A DNA stretch of 64,000 nucleotides, from NCBI GenBank assembly GCA_945923775.1, contig CAMELR010000002.1:5837-69836 (forward strand), in the 5' to 3' direction. This DNA comes from an uncultured Clostridia bacterium (GTDB lineage Bacteria; Bacillota; Clostridia; Oscillospirales; Ruminococcaceae). Position 1 is the stretch's first letter; each line of letters starts with the position of its first letter. The notes beneath the pieces were generated by a model. That model did no database searches. It was not told where the DNA came from and worked only from the letters and a program-made list of their open reading frames with translations. Below are positions 9,017 through 18,100 of the stretch, piece by piece. Made by a program: the position numbers and the translations under genes.

Positions 9017-10420
9017 TTATCCGCCGAGGTGAAGCACCTGCAAAAGCAGCAGCCAGCTCAGCCCATAGTAAGTAACAACAGCCACGAGGTCGTTGACAGT
9101 AGTGATCAGCGGACCGGAAGCCACAGCCGGATCAACTCCGATCTTCTTGAAGAACATCGGAACCAGCGTGCCAACCCCGCTTGAAATAAGCATAGCCAGC
9201 ATAAGAGCCGCACCGATACAAGCTGATACCGCAAACGAGAATCCCACGGGATACCCCTTGAACAGCATGATATACAGCCCTACGAACAGTACCGAAAGCA
9301 CTCCGAGGATAAGCCCGCATGATAGCCCGACGCGCATTTCCTTAGCAACGAGCTTGAGCTTTTTGCCCGCCGTGAGGTCCTTGTCCATCAGCACGCGGAT
9401 AGTCACCGCCAGCGACTGAGTTCCCACATTGCCCGCCATATCGAGTATAAGCGACTGGAACGCCATGATTATCGTAAGCTGCGACACGACCTTCTCAAAC
9501 GCGCCGACAACTCCGGATACCGCCATACCCAGCACAAGCAGTATCAGCAGCCACGGCATACGCTTTTTAAGGCTTGCGAAAAGCGGCTCGTGGAGATCCT
9601 CCTCCTCTGACAGACCGCCGAGTTTTGCATAATCGTCGCCCATTTCATCATCGACAGCTTCCAGCAGGCTTTCCAGCGTGATCACTCCGAGAATGTGATT
9701 TCCGCTGTCCAGCACGGGAATGCTGCTTTCAGAATAGCTCTTGAGCCGCTCTATGCAGTCCTCCGTCTTTTCAGTGCTGTAAACATACGGAAAGCTCTGC
9801 TGTATCAGCGGCTTTATTTCCGAATGCTTCTCAGCGGTAAGCAGTTCCCTAAGCCCCACCGCGCCGCAGAAAAATCCGTTCTCTGCGGTAACGAAAAGTA
9901 TGGAGATGTTGTCGTTTTCCTTGGCCTGATCCATCAGCGCCCGCGTAGCCTCTGCCGCGGTCATTCCGGAGCTTATCGAAATGTAGTTTGTGGTCATACG
10001 GCTGCCTATCTCGTCGTCGTCAAACGACACGATAAGCTCCAGCTTTCTCCTGAGCTCCTCGTCGAGAAGTTCGAAAAGCTGATTTCTTTTTTCCTTCGGG
10101 AATTCCCTAAGGACGTCCGCCGCCGCGTCGGTCTCCATTTTGCCGATCAGCAGAACAGTTTTCCCGAGGTCCGTTTCCTTGAGGTACTCCGCGGAATTCT
10201 CCGGCTCGAAATACTCGAAAACGTCTGCAAGCTCGTCCATGTCCAGCGTGCGGAACAGCTTCGTGCGCTCCCCCGCGCTGAGAAGCTCCGCCGCCGCTGC
10301 TATATCACCTGCATGATATTCCGCGAGCCGCTCCTGAGCTGCCTTCGGTGAGAGATCGCTCCTGACAAGCTCCGCGATCTCCGCTGCGCGATCCCTGATA
10401 ACTGCTTCGTTCATTGCCAT
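9017..10420 (-). CDS. mgtE: magnesium transporter MgtE
   Basis: 467 aa with an N-terminal MgtE_N-like domain, tandem CBS region and C-terminal 5-TM MgtE channel (GNVGTQSLAVTIRVL..PLITTVNDLVAVVTYYG). Confidence 0.9.
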   Translation of the reverse strand: MAMNEAVIRDRAAEIAELVRSDLSPKAAQERLAEYHAGDIAAAAELLSAGERTKLFRTLDMDELADVFEYFEPENSAEYLKETDLGKTVLLIGKMETDAAADVLREFPKEKRNQLFELLDEELRRKLELIVSFDDDEIGSRMTTNYISISSGMTAAEATRALMDQAKENDNISILFVTAENGFFCGAVGLRELLTAEKHSEIKPLIQQSFPYVYSTEKTEDCIERLKSYSESSIPVLDSGNHILGVITLESLLEAVDDEMGDDYAKLGGLSEEEDLHEPLFASLKKRMPWLLILLVLGMAVSGVVGAFEKVVSQLTIIMAFQSLILDMAGNVGTQSLAVTIRVLMDKDLTAGKKLKLVAKEMRVGLSCGLILGVLSVLFVGLYIMLFKGYPVGFSFAVSACIGAALMLAMLISSGVGTLVPMFFKKIGVDPAVASGPLITTVNDLVAVVTYYGLSWLLLLQVLHLGG

Positions 10421-10600
10421 AATAGTACCCTGCCTTTCATCAAATTTTGCTGCATCTGAGTGAAAGTGAAGCCGGGCACAGTATGCGCCTATTTATTTAT
10501 AAAGCGGGCAGAGCCGCAATTCCGGGCGTCATACCGTGTACTTCGCTCGTGACTGTCACCATTTTTCAACTCTGCTCACCTCTCTTTTACGTTTTTTGCA
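10421..10600 (-). promoter_or_regulatory. about 180-nt structured mgtE leader; possible Mg2+ (M-box/ykoK) riboswitch
   Basis: Contains AGGUGAGCAGAG..CUCUGCCCGC..CAUACUGUGCC, which resemble M-box conserved segments. Their spacing differs from the B. subtilis M-box as I remember it. Class unconfirmed. Confidence 0.3.
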
Positions 10601-10608
10601 ACGTGATA

Positions 10609-10638
10609 ATTATAGCACCATAATCAATTGCCTGTCAA
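10609..10638 (-). promoter_or_regulatory. mgtE promoter
   Basis: Minus strand reads TTGACA (10638-10633), 18 nt, TATAAT (10614-10609), with TGC extended -10. Confidence 0.75.
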
Positions 10639-10816
10639 CCCCGACGAAAAATTTATCACAGGATTTTCAGAAAACCTCTTACAGCTTATAGTGAATAACA
10701 CTGCCGTATTTATTGATCCACATACAGCCCATAGAAAAAGGGCGCAAGCCGATATCCTCGGCCGCGCCCTAATCATGCGGTTAATTTACTGGAATGGAGT
10801 CTGCAATATTCGGCAT

Positions 10817-11281
10817 TTAATTCGTTGAAACCCCGTCTTTTTTCATCTGCTTTATCAGATTGAATACCGATGTATGGAACTGTGACGAATTAGCTGCGTC
10901 TGTGATTTTTTGAAGCATGTCATCGGTTAATTCCCTGTCCTCCGCTACCTTTGCAACTTCATCACACCATTCCCTTTCTGCCTGCATATCCTCGCAGATA
11001 TTGCGGTGCTGGGCGCTGTATATCGGCGGCGGAGACAATTTCTCGATAGCGTCAAGACTGTTACGGGCGCCTTTCAGATCACTCTCAAAGCTGTCCCAGT
11101 CGACATTGCCGGGATCCGACTCAGCATCGCCTAACTTTGCTGACAGCAACAGCAAGTTCTGATTATACGCCTTGTAGTTCTCGGTGAATCTGTCGTAATA
11201 TTCGCTTTCGGAAAGCGCCATCGAACAGCCTGATATCATCATTATAAACGCCATAATAATTACAGCAAGTTTTTTCCTCAC
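10817..11281 (-). CDS. hypothetical lipoprotein
   Basis: 154 aa. Signal peptide MRKKLAVIIMAFIMMISGCS carries a lipobox Cys. GGAGG RBS. Confidence 0.7.
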   Translation of the reverse strand: MRKKLAVIIMAFIMMISGCSMALSESEYYDRFTENYKAYNQNLLLLSAKLGDAESDPGNVDWDSFESDLKGARNSLDAIEKLSPPPIYSAQHRNICEDMQAEREWCDEVAKVAEDRELTDDMLQKITDAANSSQFHTSVFNLIKQMKKDGVSTN

Positions 11282-11306
11282 AATAAATTACCTCCAAATA
11301 ACCATA

Positions 11307-11347
11307 TACAAAACCGCGCCGGTACATCAAAAGTAATACCAGCGCGG
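11307..11347 (-). terminator. intrinsic terminator of ilvE
   Basis: Minus strand reads CCGCGCUGGUA..UACCGGCGCGG followed by UUUUGUAU. Confidence 0.75.
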
Positions 11348-11370
11348 AAATATTCGATCTGTCAGCAGGA

Positions 11371-12435
11371 TCAGAGCTTCTCGATCCAGCCCATATCGTC
11401 CGGGATCTTACCGAACTGCATACCTGTCATGGTGTCATAGAGCTTCTGGGTGATCGGGCCGATCTTACCGCCGCCGATCTCCATTACCTTGTCGCCCCAC
11501 TTGAGGTGGCCTACAGGAGATACAACAGCCGCAGTACCAGTACCGAATACCTCGTCGAGCTTGCCTGCGTCGTAAGCGTCAGCGACCTCCTGAATGGTGA
11601 TGCGGCGCTCGGAAACCTTCATGCCCCACTTCCTGCAAAGCTCAAGCGCGGACTTTCTGGTGATACCGGAAAGAATGCTGCCCTGAAGGGACGGAGTAAC
11701 GACCTCACCGTCGATAACGAACATGATGTTCATTGCGCCGACTTCCTCTATGTACTTACGCTCAACGCCGTCGAGCCACAGTACCTGAGAGTAGTTCTGC
11801 TTGTGAGCCTCGTCCTGGCCTGCAAGAGAAGCAGCGTAGTTGCCGCCGGTCTTGGTGAATCCCATACCGCCTCTTACCGCGCGGACATAGTTGGTCTCAA
11901 CGTAGATGTTTACGGGGTTGATACCAGTGCTGTAGTAAGCGCCGGAGGGGCTCATGATGATCATGAAGTAGTACTTTTCGCCGGGGCGTACGCCGAGGAA
12001 CGGATCAGCCGCGAAGATAAACGGACGGATATAAAGGGAAGCGCCTTCGATATGCGGAACCCAGTCCTTATCGATCTCAACGAGCTTGTGAAGTGCCTCG
12101 AGAGCGTCCTTCTCATTGATCTGCGGGATAACGAGACGCTCAGCGGAAACGTTCATTCTCTTGAAGTTCTCCTCCGGGCGGAAGAACTGAATGTCGCCGG
12201 AAGGGGTTCTGTAAGCCTTCATGCCCTCGAAGATCTCCTGACCATAGTGGAGAACCATTGCGGAAGGCATAAGCTCGATCGGACCATAAGGCACGATACG
12301 TGCGTCATGCCAGCCCTGACCAGCGTCGTAGTCCATAACGAACATATGGTCGGTAAAGATATGGCCGAAGCCGAGCTTGGTTTCATCAGCGGGCTTGGGC
12401 TTAGGGTTTTTGGTTAATTCGATTTTGATATCCAT
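11371..12435 (-). CDS. ilvE: branched-chain amino acid aminotransferase (class IV)
   Basis: 354 aa. Blocks LGFGHIFTDHMF..YGQEIFEGMKAYR..GGTGGTKAGGNY-like (GFTKTGGNYAASL)..GITRKS..EVFGTGTAAVVSPVG are typical of the long IlvE/YbgE type. Confidence 0.9.
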   Translation of the reverse strand: MDIKIELTKNPKPKPADETKLGFGHIFTDHMFVMDYDAGQGWHDARIVPYGPIELMPSAMVLHYGQEIFEGMKAYRTPSGDIQFFRPEENFKRMNVSAERLVIPQINEKDALEALHKLVEIDKDWVPHIEGASLYIRPFIFAADPFLGVRPGEKYYFMIIMSPSGAYYSTGINPVNIYVETNYVRAVRGGMGFTKTGGNYAASLAGQDEAHKQNYSQVLWLDGVERKYIEEVGAMNIMFVIDGEVVTPSLQGSILSGITRKSALELCRKWGMKVSERRITIQEVADAYDAGKLDEVFGTGTAAVVSPVGHLKWGDKVMEIGGGKIGPITQKLYDTMTGMQFGKIPDDMGWIEKL

Positions 12436-12490
12436 AGTAGTATCCTTTCCTGCGCCGGCAGGACGTCAGCGCGACTTTAAATACACATTC

Positions 12491-12519
12491 ATTATACCAC
12501 TATTACGCCCGATTGTAAA
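12491..12519 (-). promoter_or_regulatory. ilvE promoter
   Basis: Minus strand reads TTTACA (12519-12514), 17 nt, TATAAT (12496-12491), with TGG extended -10. Confidence 0.65.
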
Positions 12520-12562
12520 TATTATTTTCGGATTTTTTATCAAAAATGCAATTTTCACATAT

Positions 12563-12591
12563 CAAATCCGGCAAAATACACAAATCCGGCA
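12563..12591. repeat. 11-nt direct repeat CAAATCCGGCA x2 upstream of the ilvE promoter
   Basis: Identical 11-mers at 12563-12573 and 12581-12591 (18-nt period), 45-75 nt upstream of the -35. Confidence 0.6.
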
Positions 12592-12598
12592 TAAATGT

Positions 12599-12630
12599 AA
12601 AAACGGTCTGAACGAAGAACGTCCAGACCG
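12599..12630 (-). terminator. intrinsic terminator after the HPr-like gene pair
   Basis: Minus strand reads CGGUCUGGACG-UUCUU-CGUUCAGACCG followed by UUUUU. Confidence 0.8.
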
Positions 12631-12668
12631 CATACACCTTAGATTGCTGAGACAATCATCAAGTATTA

Positions 12669-12899
12669 TCACTTAACGATGTACTTCTTGATAGCGTCGA
12701 GGAAATCTGCGCAGTCATCGCTGTGGATATTCAGGGTCAGCTCCTTGGAGAGGTCAAGGGAGAAGATACCCATGATGGACTTAGCGTCGATGGCATATCT
12801 GCCGGATACGATATCAACGTCATACTCGCAGCGGGAAACGATAGTTACGAAATCCTTGACGTCGTTGATGGTGTTAATGTTGATCTTTACTGTAGTCAT
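12669..12899 (-). CDS. HPr-fold protein lacking the His15 phosphorylation loop (paralogue 2)
   Basis: 76 aa. DAKSIMGIFSLDL aligns with the HPr/Crh Ser46 region (N-KSIMGVMSLG). The N-terminal TGLHARPA-type loop is absent. Confidence 0.7.
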   Translation of the reverse strand: MTTVKININTINDVKDFVTIVSRCEYDVDIVSGRYAIDAKSIMGIFSLDLSKELTLNIHSDDCADFLDAIKKYIVK

Positions 12900-12925
12900 A
12901 ATAATGCTTCCTTTCCAGAATAAAA

Positions 12926-13159
12926 TTACGCTCTGAACTTGAGAACTGCGTCGAGCAGCTCGTCAGCCTTGGCGCCGTCATCGTGAACAACGAACTCCAG
13001 CGGCTTTGCAAGGTCGAGACTGAAAATACCCATGATGGACTTAGCGTCGACCGCATATCTTCCGGATACGAGATCGCTGTCAAACGAGTAGTTGTTGGTG
13101 AGTGCCACGAATTCCTTTACGTCCTCGATAGAACCGAGACTGATCTTCATTTTCTTCAT
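12926..13159 (-). CDS. HPr-fold protein lacking the His15 phosphorylation loop (paralogue 1)
   Basis: 77 aa. It shares the core SGRYA[VI]DAKSIMGIFSLDL exactly with the downstream paralogue, and there is no His at the HPr position-15 equivalent. Confidence 0.7.
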   Translation of the reverse strand: MKKMKISLGSIEDVKEFVALTNNYSFDSDLVSGRYAVDAKSIMGIFSLDLAKPLEFVVHDDGAKADELLDAVLKFRA

Positions 13160-13222
13160 AAAAACCGCCGCCTTTCTTTGGTGATAATCATTCTTCTGAG
13201 GATATTATTTCCTCTGTAAATA

Positions 13223-13251
13223 AGTATATCCTCAAACTGAAAAATAGTCAA
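13223..13251 (-). promoter_or_regulatory. promoter of the HPr-like pair
   Basis: Minus strand reads TTGACT (13251-13246), 17 nt, TATACT (13228-13223). An 8-bp inverted repeat GAGGATAT/ATATCCTC (13198-13205 and 13226-13233) overlaps the -10. Confidence 0.65.
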
Positions 13252-13258
13252 TAGCTTA

Positions 13259-13287
13259 TTGCAAATTTCGGAATAATCAGCTATAAT
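13259..13287 (+). promoter_or_regulatory. mtaB promoter
   Basis: TTGCAA (13259-13264), 17 nt, TATAAT (13282-13287). Confidence 0.65.
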
Positions 13288-13378
13288 ATTGTTATATGAA
13301 GTTTTGGTTTTGGCTAAAATTACGAAACCGCACCACACCAGTCGATATTATCGGCAAACCGTGCGAAAAGAGGTACCC

Positions 13379-14665
13379 ATGACATTCAGTATAATCACCC
13401 TGGGCTGTAAGGTGAACTCCTGCGAGAGCGCTGCGATACACGCCGCATTCCTTGCCGCAGGGTACTCCCCGGCGGAGGAGGACTCCCCCGCCGACGTGTA
13501 TATAATCAATTCCTGCGCCGTCACCGGCGTCGGCGTAAAGAAGGCGCGCCAGACCGTTTCCCACTGCAAAACGCTGAACCCCGATGGAATAACCGTGCTC
13601 TGCGGCTGCTATCCGCAGGCATATCCGGAGGAAGCCGTCCGCGACGTCTCCGCCGCCGACATAATCACCGGAAACGCGAACAAATCCGAGATACCGGCGA
13701 TGGTGTCGAAGTTCATCGCGGAGCACCGCCGCATGTCCTGCGTACAGCCGCTCACCCGCGAGTTTGACGAAGCGTCCTCAGCCGCCGACCTCGACCGCAC
13801 CCGCGCTTTCATCAAGATAGAGGACGGCTGCGACAGATTCTGCACCTACTGCATAATCCCCACCGCAAGAGGCCGCGTGCGCTCCCGCCGCCCGGAGGAA
13901 ATAACCCGCCAGGCTGAGCAGGCGGCAGCCGCCGGAAACCGCGAAATAGTCCTCACTGGAATAAACCTCGGCTGCTACGGGGAAGATATCGGATACACCC
14001 CCGCCGACGCGGTAAGAGCCGCTCAGGTACCGGGAATCGAACGCGTCCGGCTCGGCTCCCTTGAAGCGGACACCCTCACCGACGATGAGATACAGCGCCT
14101 GAAAGCCTGCGAGAAGCTGTGTCCGCACTTCCACCTGTCGCTGCAGTCCGGAAGCGACGCCGTGCTGAAAAGAATGAAGCGCCGCTACACCAGCGCGGAA
14201 TATCTGGCGCTCGCAGAAAAGCTCCGGAAGGTGTTCCCGGGCTGCGCCATAACCACCGATATCATGGTAGGATTCCCGGGCGAAACCGACGAGGAATTCG
14301 CCGAAAGCATGGCGTTTGCGGAAAAGGTCGGATTTGCAAAGATACACGTTTTCCCCTACTCGATACGCAAAGGGACAGTCGCGGCAATGCGAACCAACCA
14401 GGTCGTACCGCAGGTCAAATCCGCCCGCGCAAAGGAAATGAGCGCCCTTGCCGACCGCCTGGAACGTCAGTTCCTTGAATCCCAGGTCGGCACGGTGCAG
14501 ACTGTGCTCATCGAAAAACGCACCTCCCCCGACTACTGCAACGGATTTACCGGAAGCTATATTCCTGTGCGTATTTATGGCGAGGATATCCTGCGGCATT
14601 CCCTGGTACAGGTTAAGCTGACCTCCGCCGACGACACCTACTGCACCGGAACCACGAAATTCTGA
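13379..14665 (+). CDS. mtaB: tRNA (N6-threonylcarbamoyladenosine) methylthiotransferase MtaB (radical SAM)
   Basis: ATG at 13379 follows AAAAGAGG. N-terminus reads MTFSIITLGCKVNSCES. Radical-SAM motif CDRFCTYC and a C-terminal TRAM-like region are present. Confidence 0.8.
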   Translation: MTFSIITLGCKVNSCESAAIHAAFLAAGYSPAEEDSPADVYIINSCAVTGVGVKKARQTVSHCKTLNPDGITVLCGCYPQAYPEEAVRDVSAADIITGNANKSEIPAMVSKFIAEHRRMSCVQPLTREFDEASSAADLDRTRAFIKIEDGCDRFCTYCIIPTARGRVRSRRPEEITRQAEQAAAAGNREIVLTGINLGCYGEDIGYTPADAVRAAQVPGIERVRLGSLEADTLTDDEIQRLKACEKLCPHFHLSLQSGSDAVLKRMKRRYTSAEYLALAEKLRKVFPGCAITTDIMVGFPGETDEEFAESMAFAEKVGFAKIHVFPYSIRKGTVAAMRTNQVVPQVKSARAKEMSALADRLERQFLESQVGTVQTVLIEKRTSPDYCNGFTGSYIPVRIYGEDILRHSLVQVKLTSADDTYCTGTTKF

Positions 14666-14679
14666 ACAAGGAGAATCAC

Positions 14680-14991
14680 ATGACAAGCAGCATCAAACAG
14701 CTTTTAGCATTAGGCCCCATTCCTGCGGACTCGGAGATGTCCGACGAGCTTTTCGAAAAATACGACAAGCTGCTGAATTTCAGCCAGCCCCTCTCCTACG
14801 ACGACGCAGCGCAGCTTACCGGGCTGTTTTCCCCGGACTGCGACGGTCTAAACTGGGCGATACTCAAGGCGATAGAGGAAGCCTGCGACACCTCCGAGGA
14901 GCTTCTGTCCCTCGCCGATAAATGCACCAGCGAGGAGTACGCGGCGCTGCTGCACTCCCGCGCTGACAGATCCGGAACTCAGGAAGAATAA
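14680..14991 (+). CDS. acidic hypothetical protein (103 aa)
   Basis: AAGGAG lies 6 nt upstream of the ATG, 14 nt after the mtaB stop. No domain recognised. Confidence 0.55.
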   Translation: MTSSIKQLLALGPIPADSEMSDELFEKYDKLLNFSQPLSYDDAAQLTGLFSPDCDGLNWAILKAIEEACDTSEELLSLADKCTSEEYAALLHSRADRSGTQEE

Positions 14992-15041
14992 ATAACCAAA
15001 TTATCAAAGCCGGAGCCGCCATATTTCAGCACCCCGGCATA

Positions 15042-15070
15042 TTGATTTTACGCCGGTTTAGTAGTATAAT
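15042..15070 (+). promoter_or_regulatory. purL promoter
   Basis: TTGATT (15042-15047), 17 nt, TATAAT (15065-15070). Confidence 0.6.
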
Positions 15071-15117
15071 GATATTATTATTGCAGCGATACGCTGTGAG
15101 TATATGGAGGAAAAACA

Positions 15118-18100
15118 ATGGTATACCGTATTTACGTTGAAAAGAAGCCGCAGTTCGCGGTAGACGGCGGTGCCGTGCTTGCCGACCTCAATGTCGCGCT
15201 GGGCATAAAGACCGTCGAAAATGTAAGGATCATCAACCGCTACGACTGTGAAAAGCTCCCGAAAGAGAACTTTGAAGCCGCAGTTCCCACCGTGTTCTCC
15301 GAGCCTCCGGTAGACGAGGTATATTACGAGCTCCCGAAGCCCGCCGCTGACGAGCGCATGTTCGCCGTCGAGTTCCTGCCCGGTCAGTTCGACCAGCGCG
15401 CGGATTCCGCAGCACAGTGCATTCAGATGCTCTGCCCCGGCGAGCGTCCTGTTGTGAAGTACGCTAAGATCTATGTGCTCAAGGGCAAGATCTCCGACGA
15501 CGAATTCGCGCGTATCAAGCACTACCTCATCAATGCCGTTGAGTCCCGCGAGTGCGGATTCGACAAGTACGACACACTGGAAGTAAAGTACACCATTCCG
15601 ACCAGCGTTGAGACCCTCACCGGATTCATCAACAAGACCGACGCCGAGCTTGCTGATTTCGTCGTACACTACGGTCTCGCAATGGACAACGACGATATCA
15701 AGTTCTGCCAGGATTATTTCAAGAGCGAGCACCGCGATCCTACCATCACCGAGATCCGCATGATCGACACCTACTGGTCTGATCACTGCCGCCACACCAC
15801 ATTCGGCACCATCATCGACAATGCAGATATCAAGCCCTCCTACATCGCAGATACATACGCTGAATACAAGGCGGACCGCCACGAGCTCGGCCGCGATAAC
15901 AAGCCGCTGTGCCTCATGGACATCGCCACCCTCGCTGCGAAAAAGCTCAAGAAAGACGGCATTCTGAAGGATCTCGACGAAAGCGAAGAGATCAACGCAT
16001 GCTCCGTCCGCATCAAGGTAGACGTTGACGGCAAGGACGAGGACTGGCTCCTCATGTTCAAGAACGAGACCCACAACCACCCGACTGAAATCGAGCCGTT
16101 CGGCGGCGCTGCGACATGTCTCGGCGGCGCTATCCGCGACCCGCTTTCCGGACGTTCCTATGTTTATCAGGCAATGCGCGTCACCGGTGCTTCCGACCCG
16201 CTGCTTCCCGTTGAAAAGACCATCAAGGGTAAGCTCCCGCCCAGAAAGATAACCACCACCGCCGCTGCTGGCTACTCCAGCTACGGCAACCAGATCGGAC
16301 TTGCTACTGGACACGTTGCCGAGATCTACCACCCCGGCTATATGGCAAAGCGCATGGAGATAGGCGCAGTTATCGGCGCTGCTCCTGCTGAGAACGTACG
16401 CAGAGAGCGCCCGGCTCCCGGCGATATCATAATCCTGCTCGGCGGACGTACCGGTCGTGACGGCTGCGGCGGCGCTACCGGATCCTCCAAGGCTCACAGC
16501 GTACAGTCCCTCGACACCTGCGGAGCAGAGGTCCAGAAGGGTAACGCACCCGAGGAAAGAAAGCTTCAGCGCCTGTTCAGAAATTCTGAGGCTACGAAGC
16601 TCATCAAGCGCTGCAACGACTTCGGCGCAGGCGGCGTTTCCGTTGCCATCGGCGAGCTTGCAGACGGTCTGGAGATAGACCTGAACGCAGTTCCGAAGAA
16701 GTACGACGGCCTTGACGGCACCGAGCTTGCTATTTCCGAGTCCCAGGAAAGAATGGCTGTAGTAGTAGCTCCCGAGGACGCCGATAAGTTCCGCGCGCTC
16801 GCTTCAAAGGAGAACCTCGAGTCAACACCTGTCGCTGTCGTTAAGTCCGAGCCGAGGCTCCGCATGAACTGGAACGGCAAGACCATCGTTGATATCTCCC
16901 GCGAGTTCCTGAACTCCAACGGCGCAGAGAAGCACACCGATGTTGCAGTACCCGACGTAAAGGTATCCTACTCCACCGGCAGGAAGAACACCTCCGCTGA
17001 CTGGGAGGGCATGGTAACAGACCTCAACATCTGCTCGCAGAGAGGGCTTGTACAGCGCTTCGACAGCACCATCGGCGGCGCTACGGTTCTCATGCCGTTC
17101 TCCGGAAAGACCCAGCAGACCCCTGTACAGGCGATGGCTGCAAAGCTTCCGGTACTGAACGCAAAGACCGACACAACTTCTATAATGGCATGGGGCTTCG
17201 ACCCGGCTGTATCCACACAGTCCCCGTATCACGGAGCCGTATGCGCAGTAGTCGAGAGTATCGCAAAGGTAGTGGCAGCAGGCGGCACCTACGAGCACTG
17301 CTGGCTGACATTCCAGGAGTATTTCGAGCGCACCCAGGGCAAGCCCGAGAGATGGGGCAAGCCTTTCGCAGCACTGCTCGGCGCTTACCGTGCACAGCTT
17401 GAGATGGGCTGCGGCGCAATCGGCGGCAAGGACAGCATGAGCGGTACATTCGAGCATATCGACGTTCCCCCGACGCTGGTTTCCTTCGCAGTATCCACCG
17501 CTAAGGCTCCCGACGTAATCTCTGCGGAGTTCAAGGCAGCGGGCCACAAGATAGGCTATATCGCTCCGAAGTACGATGAAAACGGCCTGCCGGTATTCGA
17601 CAGCGTTAAGGAAGTATTCCGCACCGTTGAAAAGCTCATCAAGGACAAGAAGGCAGTTTCCGTATGGAGCGTTGCTCACGGCGGCGTTGCAGAGGGTATC
17701 TTCAAGATGTCCCTGGGTAATCAGATCGGCGCAAAGCTTGATAAGCTCACCGACGAGGAGCTGTTCACACCGGTTTACGGCGCGTTCATTCTGGAACTCA
17801 CTGAAGCCGCTGACGGCGTAAAGGCCATCGGTGAAACCGTTGCAGATTACACCATCACCTCCGGCGATGTCAAGCTTGACGTTGCTTCCCTCGAGAAGAA
17901 GTGGGACGGCGTTCTGGAGCCTATCTTCAAGGCACAGCTCCCCGAGAAGCCCGCTCCCGAGAAGATATCCTACACCGGCGGCTGTGAGCTGAAGCACAGC
18001 TCTGTAAAGGTTGCAAAGCCCCGTGTACTTATCCCGGTATTCCCCGGCACCAACTGCGAGTACGACATGGCTAACGCGTTCAACCGCTACGGCGGCGACT

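Noticed and set aside
15089-15101. Shared 13-mer TACGCTGTGAGTA in the purL leader (15089-15101) and the ferredoxin leader (57646-57658), with a related reverse-complement element in the thrS leader.
   Set aside because: A single exact 13-mer match is expected by chance tens of times among all position pairs in 64 kb on both strands. The flanks do not align and no common structure is evident.
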